Positions 11,321 through 25,089 of a stretch of 64,000 bases of DNA are shown piece by piece. Location of the stretch: the NCBI RefSeq assembly GCF_009914755.1, contig NC_060937.1, one strand, 5' to 3'. The stretch comes from the human T2T-CHM13v2.0 reference genome, Homo sapiens. Each line of letters begins with the position of its first letter. Positions within the stretch are counted from its first letter, which is position 1. The position numbers and the translations under genes were made by a program. Below the pieces are notes generated by a model. That model searched no databases, was not told where the DNA came from, and saw only the letters and a list, made by a program, of their open reading frames with translations.

Positions 11321-13888
11321 AAATAGATCAAAGTGCATTATAGCCTCAAAACCTGGCAAATATAGGCTCTTTACAAATGTTGATAAAATAAGTTATTTTT
11401 TTCTAAACTCAATGAGCCCTCATAAACATAGGGCAGAAAATACTACATATAGTCAATGGTCACATAAAGAAATATTTTATCACAGAGCCTGATTCATATA
11501 AAGTTGTGAGAAAGTGATGACGGATTCTTGGCCCATATCCCCCCATTGGTATCAGGCAGAGCAAGGGAGATCATCAATGGTCAAATGCTTCATTCATTTT
11601 TTTTCTTGCCCAAACCAATGATATTTTCCACACCAAAATTTAGAAACAGGGATATGCTGAAGTAGCTTTAACTAAAGAAGACAGAACTCCAGCCAGAGAA
11701 AAAGAAAGACTTCCAGCCAAAAACAAAAACACTTTAATTAGTTGTTTCATTTAAAGATGTTGAAACAGCTCCAACCCAAGGAAACCAAGCCCTTCAGAGT
11801 CAGAACAGCTTAAAGTAGAGAAAAAAAAGATGTTTCATTTATTTAGGAGTTTGATCTCAATCCAATTTGGAAAAGAAAGCCTAAAACCTTTTAGGCTAAT
11901 AAATCTAGTGATAATAGAATGTTGTTTTCAGTCATATGAGAAGACCTATGCTCTGCATGAGATCTATTTTAAAATCTTTAAAATTTTATAATCAGGGCAG
12001 GCATGTAAATGGTTATTTAATATGGTTTAGTTAATACTTAACATTGCTTTCTATGAAATATTCTGTTTAAAGTAACCTATTTGCAAGCTTATTATTGAAG
12101 GCTTGATTTCAGAAAATATATGAGAAAATTTGGGATCAGTTATCGTATTTTTAAAATAGCAAAAAAATTATTTATAGGGAAACTTAATTCTTAGATTATA
12201 AGAATACATTGACATTAATCTGAATAGGAATTTAGAAGGAAAGTGTCTAAGCATGGCTTCCTCCCACCTGTCAAACCCAACAGAATCTTACTTTTACAGC
12301 TAAAAGAGGAAGGTAAAATATTGATCTTTTATGTTTGAACTTGGAGAAGAAAATAAAGCAAAGAGAAAGAAAATAAGCCTATTTACAGAAGATGTTTCAG
12401 GTTACTCAAAACTCTGAAAGCACTCTATCAAGAAACTCAGATCCTTATATTTCATCTACATCCCAGCAAGTATCAGATTTTAATCCAAATACATTATTCT
12501 ACTGTTGACACAATTCACTATCTGATTAATTTATATCAAAGAGAATGATATCAAATACTTAATTCCTATGGTCTCTCCTTGCATAGCCAACAAGGTTTTG
12601 TATGCCAAAATGTGGACTCTGGAAAATGAATGAGCCTTTTGATATGAGATTTTCATTTCCTCCACACACTCCTGAGCATCCTTCAAATTCTTGCATTTCT
12701 ACAAACAAAATTCGTGTTTTGATACCTGTCTACTCTGGCACATTTGGTCCCATCTGTCCGGCCAATCCTGACTCTTCCTTCCAACCTTTAGTGGCCCTTC
12801 CTCTGGAAAATTTTTCTAATATTCTTTTCTTTCTCTGTGTTCTTACAGAAGTTCATGGAAAGTTTCATAACTTACTACAATTAATTATTTAGTTAGTTTA
12901 CATGTCTATCTCCTCCAGTAGAGTAAAAAGGGCAAAGACTATGTTCCATTTGTCTTTGCATTTCCAGAACCTTACCTGGTTTTATAACTAAATAAATGTT
13001 TAATAAATTGACAAGAGAAATAAAGGTGGAAATGGAAACCTCTGATCTCGAGTAATGTTTTCATTTTGTAAATTCATCCACCTTACTCAATTCCAGACCA
13101 TTTCTATATTGAAGCTCCTGCTTTAGAGGTTTTACAATACAAAAGGAAAAGGTATATTTGAGCAGCATCAAATTCATTTCTCACACATCCATTTAGCATA
13201 AATAACATGATAAAACAAATAGTCAAGAAATTCCAAGTTAGACTTTTTTAAGGTAAAAATTACCTCAAGCAGGTATAGATCCATTAATCTTCAGATTTTA
13301 AAGAACGAATTATTGTCAACCTTTCACCAAACAATTAGGAAAGTAGTTTCAGAACATTAAATGCCTTTAAAAATTTTTATCAACATGAAGAAAAATCTCC
13401 AAAAAAGGAACAATATAATTTATATCCTATAAACACATCAGAGAGTAATAGAAAATGGTGCTGTGACATGAAGATATGAATATACATAGTATCATTTTCT
13501 ATCACATAAAAATTCATAATAGCCACTAACATTTTCTAAACCTGCATTTTATATCTGCATACGTATGGTTTTGTAAAATGTGAAAAAATAAATCAGTATT
13601 AGCACAGCCCTATGTGTTTTTTCAAAGCACATTCTCAAAAACAGAAAAACCACTTTACTCAAAGAAGGCAGTTCTAAAGGAGAATTACATGAAAATGTGG
13701 AAACCGAGCTTGGAATCCCTGTATCTCATTCTTCATCTGAGTCTCACAAGCATCTTCACTATAGGAGCCGGGAAGCAGCACATCCTGTCACCCTGTCCTA
13801 TGTCAGCACTCCCAAAGCTAAGCATCCAACACGTCATGGTATCTGTTCTCTCCTCGGCAGCAAGAGAGGTATTTAAAAACACAGATAT

Positions 13889-14476
<588 letters not shown>

Positions 14477-14841
14477 TCAATGATCTTTGGAGAGGGCTCA
14501 GAGAATGGGCAGAGCCTTGAACGGGGTGTGACTCTGGACTCTTGCTGCCAAGGAGAGAATAGATTGGGGAGATGAGAAGCCGAGGGAGTAGGCTCTCCTG
14601 GAGTCCATGCATGACATGCTGGTGGCATGTGGTGGCCTGGTGGTGGGTGGATGAGGAGCAGATATGTTGTGAACTGTGGAGAAGGCCATGTTGCTGCTAG
14701 TTAAAGCAGCTGGATACTGAATGGCCTCAGAAGCAGGAGACTAACCATGATGTATCTGACGCTTAGCTGTGGGAGTCCTGGCATAGGACAGAGTGACAAG
14801 AGATGGCGCTTCTAAGGAAACATATCAATCAAGATCAGATA

Positions 14842-15481
14842 CAGTAGCTTCTTGTTATTCACAGGAGTCATGTTCTAGAAAGTCACCAAGAACTCTGAAT
14901 TAGTGAATACTGAACCTTTGCTCCTAAAGGAAATACATGATGATGTTCCCACAAGCCCCTAGTCACACATTTTCATCAACCAATCAATACATACCATTGA
15001 TTTATGTGCATTTAAGACACCCTATTTAACCTGTGTTGCTGATTCATTAATATTGAGCTCACAGCCTACAGCACCATAACCGCACCTAAAGGAAGCTCCT
15101 CTAACACTCTTATTTTCTCCATGAAGCACATCACAGCTTTCTTGTTTCTCGGAACATCAGACAGCTCTTCAGTGCTACATTTGGGAGCCATTTTGTATAG
15201 CAAAGTTACCAACAAAGATCCCATAAGTGCGAAAAACACAGTACTAACTGGACTGCGAAGAAGACGCTTGTCTACAGTATGAGAACGGAAACAAAATGGC
15301 TGTGCGGCCATCTTTGACCCAGCTGGAAATGTGCTCCTCCAGTGATTTGAAGTTTTATTGCCACTCTGTACATGTCCGCAAATGACGAAGTGCTGGGAAT
15401 ATTGATTTGGGGGTAACAAATGAATTTTAGTGAGTAGGCAAATTCTCAGATAGGGAATCCACAAATAATGAGGGCGGACTC
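14842..15481 (-). mobile_element. MER82 (TcMar-Tigger) DNA transposon, near full length
   Basis: Degenerate terminal inverted repeats ('cagtagcttcttgttattcacagga' / 'atccacaaataatgagggcggact'); internal sequence matches recalled MER82 in antisense. Confidence 0.8.
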
Positions 15482-16549
15482 CATTTGTTAAGACATTGTT
15501 GTGTACTTGGAGCATGTATGTATGGGTTGCATGTGTACATACCGGAAGACGAAGAACACGCAACAATGTCCGGGTTTATCCTATGCACTTCTCAACAATG
15601 TATAGAAGCGTCACAAACTCTAAATACTACTATAGCCAATAGGAGAGGATTAAGCCTTCTAAGACTATTTTATTCAACTGAGTTAGCCACTTAAGATTCC
15701 AGTACATCCAGTTAGAAGAAAACATTATAATATTGTGTTTGCATGAAGAATCCATAAGATATAAAAGTGTACCAACAGATCATTAATTGTATACAATTTA
15801 TTTGTAAGAAGGTCAATGCTTTCTGATCACAGGACGTATTAGAAATACATAAATGTGAGATTCCTGGACAGTTTCAAAATAACAAAACCAACTCTCAATT
15901 TATTTGGTAAATAAATAATCATGCCAATGGATCACAGGCAAATAAATCTTAAGCTCAAAAGACATTTTAATACTCTGGTTACTCTTTAAGTAAATCCATG
16001 TGAGAATTTTAGTACCTAAAGTGAAAATGGCGAGTTCTGGGCTTCCTGCCAATTTCATTTGGGGTGTGAAATTTCTGACTTACAAGCTGAAATTCTTGGA
16101 ACCTTAGAAGAAATTTTTTTTTATTTTTTATAATTGAGAATGGTTCTCCCACCCACAAAACGACCTACTTCCTTTTACCTAGCAGCTTTGGAGGAGCAAG
16201 TGTGAGCGGTGTGAGAAGGACCTTCTGGGAGGCAGGACCTCAGTCCACCTGCAGCCCCACAGCCTCTCCTCACTACTGGCTGCCCCTTGGTGCACGAGCA
16301 TTCCACAGCCTGGGGAATGTCATGGCACCAGTAAGGCATTGTGCCACCACATCCCCAGCCCAGGTTATTTGAGGTAAAGGGAGAAATGACAAAGGAAGTG
16401 CCAGCACCTGCTTCCGCACTCCCCTTCCCAGCTTCTCTGGAGGCTCCTTCCTTCAGGGATGTCACATTGTTCCTTCCTCCCTTCACGACCTCCCTCAAGC
16501 TTGCTGCCTAAGCAGCCTCCTAATGTCACTTCTGTGATTTCTCACTTCG

Positions 16550-17530
16550 GGGTATTTTTACCCATGGGTGTGAGGAACAAGGAAGCAACATGTCGTGGAA
16601 GGAGGGTAATTGCCCATGGCTCCTCTATCAAATGAGAGCACAGGAGGAGCAGAAGAGACTTCTCCAGGGGCACGCAGCTTCTCCCTCTCCTTGGAGAGCT
16701 TGCCCTGCATCCCCTGAAATTTTGAAGTGCAGGAACTTGCAGCCCGTTCTTATCTGAGGAAGCTGAAGAGACTGTGGATGAGCCTGACTCCTGCACAGGA
16801 TATCTCGCAGACATGGGAAGGGCTGACACACTGCTGGGGCGTAGGCCACACTGCTGTGCCCCGCCAGGCGTGGGCAGGGCAGGGTAGAGGGACAGTCTGC
16901 GTGAGTACTTGGACCCTGTTTTAGCCAGGAGAGCTGCCTGGAGGGACAAGGAGATGTCTGTAGAAAGAGGCTGGTTGGGGATAGAGGGTGAGGGTCTTAC
17001 CAATGCCCCTGGGCTAAGGAAGGAACCACAAGGCTACCCAGAATACAGGCTTATCCTTTCTTAAGGTAAAACCAGGTGAGAGAGTCCAACCTATAACCTA
17101 CCAGGAGCTCAAATATACTCCATGGAAAGAACCAGACATCTGCCAGGCCCAGGGTATGAACCACCCAGCAATGTAAGAATTACCCCATCCTTTTAGCCTC
17201 CCTTCTCCTCCTCCTCCCAAGGCAGGAAGCAGAAGCTTGTGAGATAAGGCATTCTAACCCCCTCGTCTCCAAACTGACCCAGGCTGGTGCCAGGAGGTTG
17301 ATGCTTTAACATGAAGCCAAGTCAGACATCTTGAATAATAGCTTGGACTGGACATTAAATGTTTGAAATTGAGTCTATGCCTTATGTCACCATAGGGATG
17401 CACATTTTCTAAGAATAAAAAGAAAAGCTCTGGGATATGCCAGAATCTGCATCCAGGATTGAAGGGAAAAAAGCTCCACTACATCAAGTTTAATGGGGTA
17501 ATGAGAGGCAAAATAAAGTTATGCTTGTTT
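16550..17530 (+). mobile_element. Probable very old LTR (LTR78-like)
   Basis: 3' portion 'ggactggacattaaatgtttgaaattgag...ctgggatatgccagaatctgcatcc...aataaagttatgcttg' resembles old ERV1 LTRs; 5' boundary poorly defined. Confidence 0.3.
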
Positions 17531-18404
17531 TAGACCTGATTCTCGTTTGTTCAACTTACCTGATAGATTCACGCACACTTAGAAACAACAGGAACAATAA
17601 GGTAAAATAGGAAACTGATGCACTGATTATCAGTCAGAGGTTCAGGAAACAAATTTTTAGAGTAGAATGTTCAGAAACACCCAATGTAGTCTCCACATAG
17701 GTCTCTCTGAGCTGGAGCCTTGTATCTTTCAACTTAAATGTCCCACAGGCATCTCAGAAGAAGCATGTTCAAATGTCTGCCACCTCAAAACTCTCTTCCT
17801 CCAAGGCTCCAGAGTCAGGTCCTTGCACTAGCTTTTTTATTCATACTTTTCAAAAATAAATAAATATGAAACTGCATAAAGAGCATGTAGTACTTTAATG
17901 GGCAAAAAATGTACTACTATTACACAGAATCTATTATTACAAGCTGGTCAAGGAAGGGAGGGAGGGGGAGAGGGAGGGTGGGAAGCAGAAGGGAGGGAGG
18001 CAAGGAGGAAAGAAGAGGCCGGGTGCACAGCCCATCACAAATTCGGGTGTGTGCCAGCCCATGTCCGTGTTTGTGGACAAAGATCTACAGGTTGGTCACA
18101 CATGAGGGCATGGAGTTTATTCACAGCCACCCACTGTAAAGGCCAGCACTTCAACACTGCAGGTGACATCTGGTCTTCACTTAGGAATGCAGGCACCTGT
18201 GGCTAGCAGGTAGTAGGGGTTTAGGTGATTGAGAAAAGAATGTTGTCAGGACATGTCATCAGAAGACCTGTTTGCAGCTTAGAGGGATCACTTAAAACCT
18301 TAGGAGTTTGAGTGGTGAATTCTCTTTAAACTTCATTTTTCTTATCTGTAAAGTGAGAATAAGAATCTTAACTCTGTTTATCTCCTAGAAGGTGTGGGAA
18401 TCAA

Positions 18405-18570
18405 CGTGGTGGATGCTGTGTCCCGATCCCCCTTGAGGACCAAGGCACTCGTTTGCATGGCACTAGGGGTTTTGACTGCTGATGGTCCTCTGCTGAGTCC
18501 CCCTCTAGGAATTATCCTCAGCCTTTCCCAAGGTCTGCATCTCCAGACCATACCTACCCCAATGATTCAT
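18405..18570 (+). mobile_element. LTR16-type ERVL LTR, 5' fragment
   Basis: 'gtggtggatgctgtg...gatccccc...ctgctgagtcccctctaggaattatcctcagcc'. Confidence 0.55.
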
Positions 18571-18604
18571 TAACACAGGTTGAAATCATTTCCAAAGGAC
18601 AACT

Positions 18605-19320
18605 CCATCTCCCCACCTTCATGTTCCACCATAGGCCAGGCCTCCATCACCTCTCACCTAGTAGATTCTTGCAATTCATCTCTCTCGTTTTGCCCTTGAC
18701 ACACTGCAGCCTGAATGATCCTTGTAAAAGGAAATTATACCATGTTCTCCATGGCTACCCATCCTTTTAGCATGAAAGCCAAAATCCTTATGAATGCCTA
18801 CAGAGCCCACACAGCATTCCACTGCTGGCTCACCCTGCCGGGAACCTTGTGATCTCCTCTCCAGATCCAATACGCTCTCCTTGTTCATGTTGCTCCAGCC
18901 ACACTGGACTCCCCGCCCTAACTCAAACCCGCCAGGCACTCTCCAGACTCCAGGCCTTTGCATTGGTCACTCCCTCTCCCTACAAGGCTCTCCCTGACAT
19001 GAACTGTTTCCTCGCTTCCCTCAAGTCTGTGTAAATGGCTCCTGATCACTGAGGTTTTCCTCCCCACTGTACTTAAAATTGCAACACCCTATCCCTTTTT
19101 CCTGCTTCATTTTCCTCCTTAACATGCATCACCATTATCACACATATAAGTCCATATTTTACTTATATACTTGTTGATTGTCTCCTCCCACTAGAATATA
19201 AGCTCTGTGATGGTAGGAATTTTTGCTTTGTTTTCTTCACTGCCATAACCCCAGCACTGTGTCCAGTGATGGACACAGAACCAGTCTTCATTAAATATTG
19301 ACTGATGGAATGAATAAATT
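18605..19320 (+). mobile_element. L2a LINE 3' region
   Basis: 'gctccagccacactgg...caggcctttgca...ctcccactagaatataagctctgtga...aaatattgactgatggaatgaataaat'. Confidence 0.8.
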
Positions 19321-19765
19321 AATAACAGGTGAAGAGTTTCCCTGACAAACAGAAACTAACTTTTTTTTTCCCTGTGAGTAAATAAATGTTCAACAGAATT
19401 CAGATATTCCTGATCTGCATATAGGCAAGTACATATATACAAATGTAAGAATATAGTACTTGAACATAACACAGTGTTATTCAACACCTAAAGACACATA
19501 GAAAAATTTGCCAGAGTCGGTTAGTCAATGACAGCAATGCATTCTGAGAACTGACATTATCAGCATCTAAATCCTACTTCTTCTCTTTTCTGCAAGAAAG
19601 AGCCAAAGAATGACACATTTGAATTATTGTGACATCTTTTCTTCTTTGCCAAAGAAACTGACGAGAAAGGTCTGTGAAATTATAAGGGCAGATGTTACCA
19701 TACAGTCTGTAATTTTTTCTTCTTTACCATTTCTCAAAGCACTAGGGCTTCTGAAGTTTCAATCG

Positions 19766-20066
19766 TTTTTTCTTTCTTTCTTTTTTGGAGACAGGGTCTC
19801 ACTTTGTCACCCAGACCAGAGTGCAGTGGCATGATCATAGCTCTCTGTAACTGATTGACGCCCCTGGGCTCAAGGGATCCTCTCACCCTAACCTCCTGAG
19901 TTGCTGGGACTACACATATGTACCACCACACACAGCTAATTTTTTGTTTTTTTCATAGAGACGGAGTCTATGTTGCCCAGGCTGGTCTCAAACTCCTGGG
20001 CTCAAGCAGTCCTGCCTCAGCCTCCCAAAGAGCTCAGATTACAGGCATGAGCCACCATGCCCAGCC
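19766..20066 (-). mobile_element. AluJ SINE
   Basis: Antisense dimer with 'atcatagctc' and 'ctcctgggctcaagcagtcc'; degenerate TSD tgaagtttcaatc / tgaatgtccaatc. Confidence 0.92.
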
Positions 20067-23000
20067 TGAATGTCCAATCATATCATTTTGTTTTCCATAA
20101 AAGACACTGGGCCTAGGTTTTGGTTTTTTGTTTGTTTTTTTTTTATTTTTGGAAAAAAAAAAAAAAAAACAATTCTCAGGGTGGAAACAAAATCTTCATC
20201 TTCTGCAATTTCCCTGGACTTTCTGGCCCTGCCCCAAGTGCAACTTCTCAGGATTCAGATGTGACTCCTCCCTCAGTTGACAAAAGGCTGTGCAAGAGCC
20301 ATTAACAGAGTCATCTCGGGCTTTTGCTATTAGCCCACAATTTGCTGTGCTGGATTTGCCAGTAATTTATTTGCCCTACCAAATTACTAGAGTTCACATA
20401 GTTGGCAGTAGTTTGGAGGGAACGGATCTCCCAGCAACACCTGACAGGAAAACAAATAGGAACCAGAAACCCTTTGGTCCCAGTGGTGCTCCATGTCCCC
20501 TGCTTTGCCAAATCTCTCTGCAAGCCAGTCATTCTTTGAAAAGGGAGAGAGTGGATGAAGCCCAGAAAGAGTCACACTCACATCATCCCAGGCATTCTAA
20601 GAAATGTGACTGGACCAGTATAAGCCCTACTGAAGCTTTTGCATAAGCTCCCAGGATCAATCTCCCCCTTGGCATACAAAACAGCTCTGATTCCAACACT
20701 GTGAATAGAAGCCACCCACTGACTGTCCTCAGAGATCATCTCTCACACCCCAAGAAACTCTATTGTTGAATCAAAAACTCATTTGAATAATGAGTAACTT
20801 CAGGCCTGGCCATTTGTAGAGGGAGAGGCCAAAAAAAAAAAATTCCAATGCTAATATAGAAGAATGCTAGGCAATGGGAAAAAATCACAGTCAGTTGCCT
20901 CCACAAAGCAGGTAAAAAACTGTGGTGTAATTTTGTAGTCTTTGGAAGCCCTTCAGAGTTTTCTTATTAAAAATAGTAAAAGATGGGTATAAAAGACGGA
21001 GGGCAGAAGCAGAGGTGTTCATGCTGGGGTCCCTGTATGCGATTTCAGAGGGATCACAAAAAGCCCAATCATTCCACACTTGGCAGGTCCTCAGTGAGAA
21101 AGTAGCCCTGTCTCTCCTCCAACCTCTGGACATGCAGGTTGCTTGCGTGCTATTTATGTTTTGATTGACAAGTGTATGCTCTGTCTAGGTAAGTAGAGAA
21201 GCACCTCTTGCAAAGATGCTTCAAAAGAGCAGCTGTCTGGAAAGATGAAGCAATGCCAGGGTGGTTCAAGAGCCAATCCAAATACCAGTCACGGAGGTAA
21301 ACATGAACAGATGAGGCCAACACTGCAATAAGGAGACTTACTCTAGGATCCCACGGTGTACTGGAGACAGACAATGTGATACGTTATTTCTTTTTCTTTA
21401 TTTTTCATTAGGAGATTATCCAACCAAGAATTATTGTCTTTTAAGGAATGATCTTGGTTTATAGCATTTGTGCCTGTCATATTGTTTTCAAACTTAAGAG
21501 AAAAAAATATCACTTTACTTTTCATTCTCTCAAACACTTTAGCATGGTGTTCAGTGTCCTTAATGACCTTGTGCCACATGCTCTCATCTTCCACCCACTG
21601 AAAGTCTCTGTCGCCCATACAGTCTGTATAGCAAAATCCGTGTCCACAATTCCTTAAACATGCATAAACCTTCACTTATTCCTTCTTTTTTTTTTTTTTT
21701 GCTTTCTTGCAACCCCACTGGATCAAATTATACTCATTGTTTCATTGTTCAAGGGCTATCCAAATTAATCTCTTCTTTGGGGAGACCCAAATGCCTTCCT
21801 AAGCAGAATGTATTCCTGAAAGTGTGATCTTTGGCAGACTGTAATAGTCCCACTACAGATTTGCCCGATATGTAAAAGTCCATTGTTTATGAGCCTCTCT
21901 TACTCTACTATGAAGTTTTGGTGGACTGATCTGTATCTTATTCACATACTCCCTACCCACTCTTTAAATGTTTGATGAATGAATGTGTGAACAAAAGAGA
22001 GACAGAATCTATCTCTTTGTTCCCTCATGCTTTCACTGTCTTTTGTTTTAAAGAAAAGAAAAATCTACAGCCCAGAGAAATTCAGTCTTTCCCTGCATAA
22101 CCTTGTCAAAGCTGCAAACACAGAATTAACTGAACAGCCTCACCGGCTGCATGGACATATGTAGTGTTAGGACAGCCATTGTGTGCTTCCACCACTGACA
22201 AGAATCAAGTATGTGGTAGAGAAATACCACCAGTGGTATATAAAAAAAGGAATATTGTTTATTAAAATTCTGAAACTCTAGGCAAAGACTCCAGTGAACT
22301 CTCCTACATGCTTTCCAAAATATATCAGTCTCTAGCAAAAAGGATTATTCCTTTGGGATTTGACCTCTTATTTCTTTAAATTCCCAAGACATACTCTAGC
22401 CCACAGACGCTACCAAACTGAAGTGTTGACAGTGCTTGAGTGATACTGATGTCATCAGAGAGAGGACAAGTAGTCAATTTGCAGGGAGCTGGGACCATCA
22501 TATCAATGGGGAGTGAAAGGTGGAGATGGGGATTTTCGACTCTTCTTTATTTCTGCACTGTAACCCTTTAAGTACATGTGAGTGGTCACCCTGCAATTGC
22601 AGCAAGTGAAAGCCTTTATCCTAGAAGCCTTTATACTAAAGGAATCTGCTGACATAAATAGTGTCAATTCAACGGGTAGAAGGGTCTTGGAGGATTCTAA
22701 TAATATTGTGCTAATGTCTCTCACAGAATTAGCAAAATCTAAGACCAAGGCAAGGATATCATTCCTCTGGGCTCCAATCTGTCTAGCTCCCAGGGCCCCA
22801 GACATTGCAGGGACTGGTGATTGAGGAGTTTCACCTTAGACCAGGAAGCATCCCTTTGTAAGTGACTTTCTGGAAGCTACTGAAAGCGAGAAAGTGTAAT
22901 TTTAGCATTATCACATCAGCATGCGCATTGACGTGTTTATAATATACAGGACCATTCCTAAGGCATTTGGCCATAATTGCTGGGTCAATTCACAGGGCAG

Positions 23001-23255
23001 TCAAGATGCTCCAAGAGTGCTATGGAACAGGATGCTAATGGCATGTAGCCGTGATAGAATGCCGAAGTGATGATAGTTTAAGATACATGAGACATCAGCA
23101 AGGGTGACAGGCAAAAGAAGATGCAGAACTTTGCCTCTGCAGGAAGAAAAAAGGGCTTAGTTTAGCTAAAATGTCTTTTATGTTCCACAATCATCATCAT
23201 TGTTCTATCACTATGTCATTATTATCAGGAGCCACAGGGTCAGGACACTGCCACT

Positions 23256-23341
23256 TCACACACACATGCATGTATACACACATGCACACACACATACATG
23301 GATGCATGCACACACAGGCACACACACACACACACGCACAT
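23256..23341 (+). repeat. Imperfect (CA)n / (CATG) alternating purine-pyrimidine tract
   Basis: Direct reading. Confidence 0.85.
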
Positions 23342-23389
23342 ACAAATGGGTTTAAACTAACTCAAACTCTGCTCTTCTTTGGTTTTAAG

Positions 23390-23393
<4 letters not shown>

Positions 23394-23430
<37 letters not shown>
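23394..23430 (+). repeat. (TG)18 microsatellite
   Basis: Perfect TG run abutting the THE1D terminus. Confidence 0.95.
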
Positions 23431-23432
<2 letters not shown>

Positions 23433-23809
23433 TCGTCCGTTCTCACATTGCTACAAAGAACTATCTGAGATTGGATAATTTATGAAGAAAATAGGTTTTT
23501 AATTGACTCACATTTCCACAGGCTATACAGGAAGCCTGGCTAGGAGGCCTCAGGAAACTTACAATCATGGCAGAAGGCAAAGGGGTAGCAAGCACGTCTT
23601 ACGATGGCAGAGCAACAGAGAGAGAGAGAGTGCGTGTACAAAGGGGGAAGTGCCACACACTTTTAAATCACCGGATCTCGTGAGAACTCACTAGCTATCA
23701 CAAGAACAGCAAGGGGGAAATCCAATCACCTCCCACCAGGTCGCCACCCAACATCGGGAACTGCAATTCGAAATGAGATTTGGGTGGAGCCACAGAGCCA
23801 AACTATACA
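23428..23809 (-). mobile_element. THE1D MaLR solo LTR
   Basis: 'tgtattcgtccgttctcacattgctacaaagaacta...ggaggcctcaggaaacttacaatcatggcagaagg...gagatttgggtggagccacagagccaaactataca'. Confidence 0.88.
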
Positions 23810-23889
23810 CACACACACACACACACACACACATATGTATATGTATACACACACACGTGCGTGCGCACACACACACACACACACATGCA
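23807..23889 (+). repeat. Compound (CA)n/(TA)/(CG) alternating tract
   Basis: Direct reading; abuts the other THE1D terminus. Confidence 0.9.
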
Positions 23890-25089
23890 GAGGGGAGGGG
23901 GAGGTCTAGAAAGTCTTGGACATGGACTTAAAGAATGCAACCAGAATGATAAGGGTACACAAACATAAAGTTATTTGTATACATCAGGATGAAGGAACCC
24001 CTGGAGGAGTAAGTCTTCTTCATCATAACTGAAGTCCTAAGGCCATCAGCTTACTTTCACCTGAGTCTTACATATTCTGGCTTCCACTTTGTTTTCATTC
24101 GCCATCCTTTACCTAAGCATCTCAGTCATCGCTATAGTTTCTTCTGTATATTCATAATATTCTAATCTCTGAGGTCTAGACCCATAATTCTAACTGCCTA
24201 TTACTATTAGATATTGACGTCATCTGGATATCATAAATTCAATACATCCAAAAGCAGATGACCACAATGGGTCAAAAATTAAGTAGTTTTGATTCTTAGC
24301 AGGTAAATTGTGTGATTATGTCCAATGACAAAAAATTTAGAGCAGTATTTTTCAAACTTTCAGTAAGCTGTGGACTACCTGCTTCATGGGTAAACACGGA
24401 CCAACAATTTTTCTAATTTTTATGGATTGATTGCAATTTTAAACAATTAAAAAATCAAGCATTTTTAATTAATATTCATGTTTTTATATCAAGAAAAATG
24501 ATGATATTATTACAAATTATAACCAGTTACCAAAAGGAAACTTTTGTCTGTTTCAACTGAGGCCCCAAGACAATAAGTGCCATTACACTTTCATTCCAAA
24601 CTGAGGTGATATACTATTTATAAAGGTGTTTATTAAGGCCAAGAAGGGAGTTTGAGCTTGAAAAGAGAATTTCATTGGAAAATGCTGTTCAAGTGTTGTG
24701 ACATTTTCCTTCTCCACCCCCAGGGAGAAATAGGAGGTAGTTCAGCTACCTCATCTCAAAGCTAAAGAGAAATGTTCAAATTCATAGAGTTTGAGGTGTA
24801 ACCTTAGAGTTTGTGGGACAAAGTAAACTTGTGTTTGACTAATAGCAAAGAGATACAAAGGGAGAAAGGCTGAGTGAAGCAGAGTGGAGATTGTAATTAC
24901 ATACTTACATTTCCACTGATGAGGAAACAAATATGTTTCTAGTAGACAAAAGACTTATTTTTAAAAACCCTAAGTATGCAAGAAAATAAAATAACCAAAA
25001 ACTAAGGGGAAGAGGAACCCACAGAAAAATGTCCAGATATGCAAAAAGATTAAATGACCAAAACCCAACAGAGGTTGAAAACAATAACA

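Noticed and set aside
15066-15566. 166-aa ORF as a transposase
   Set aside because: Lies in non-autonomous MER82; no DDE domain visible.
21336-21375. 19-nt minus-strand micro-exon (ctccag|21360-21342|gtaagt) and isolated donors near 12972, 17559 and 57709
   Set aside because: Motifs of this strength are expected by chance in 64 kb; no independent support.
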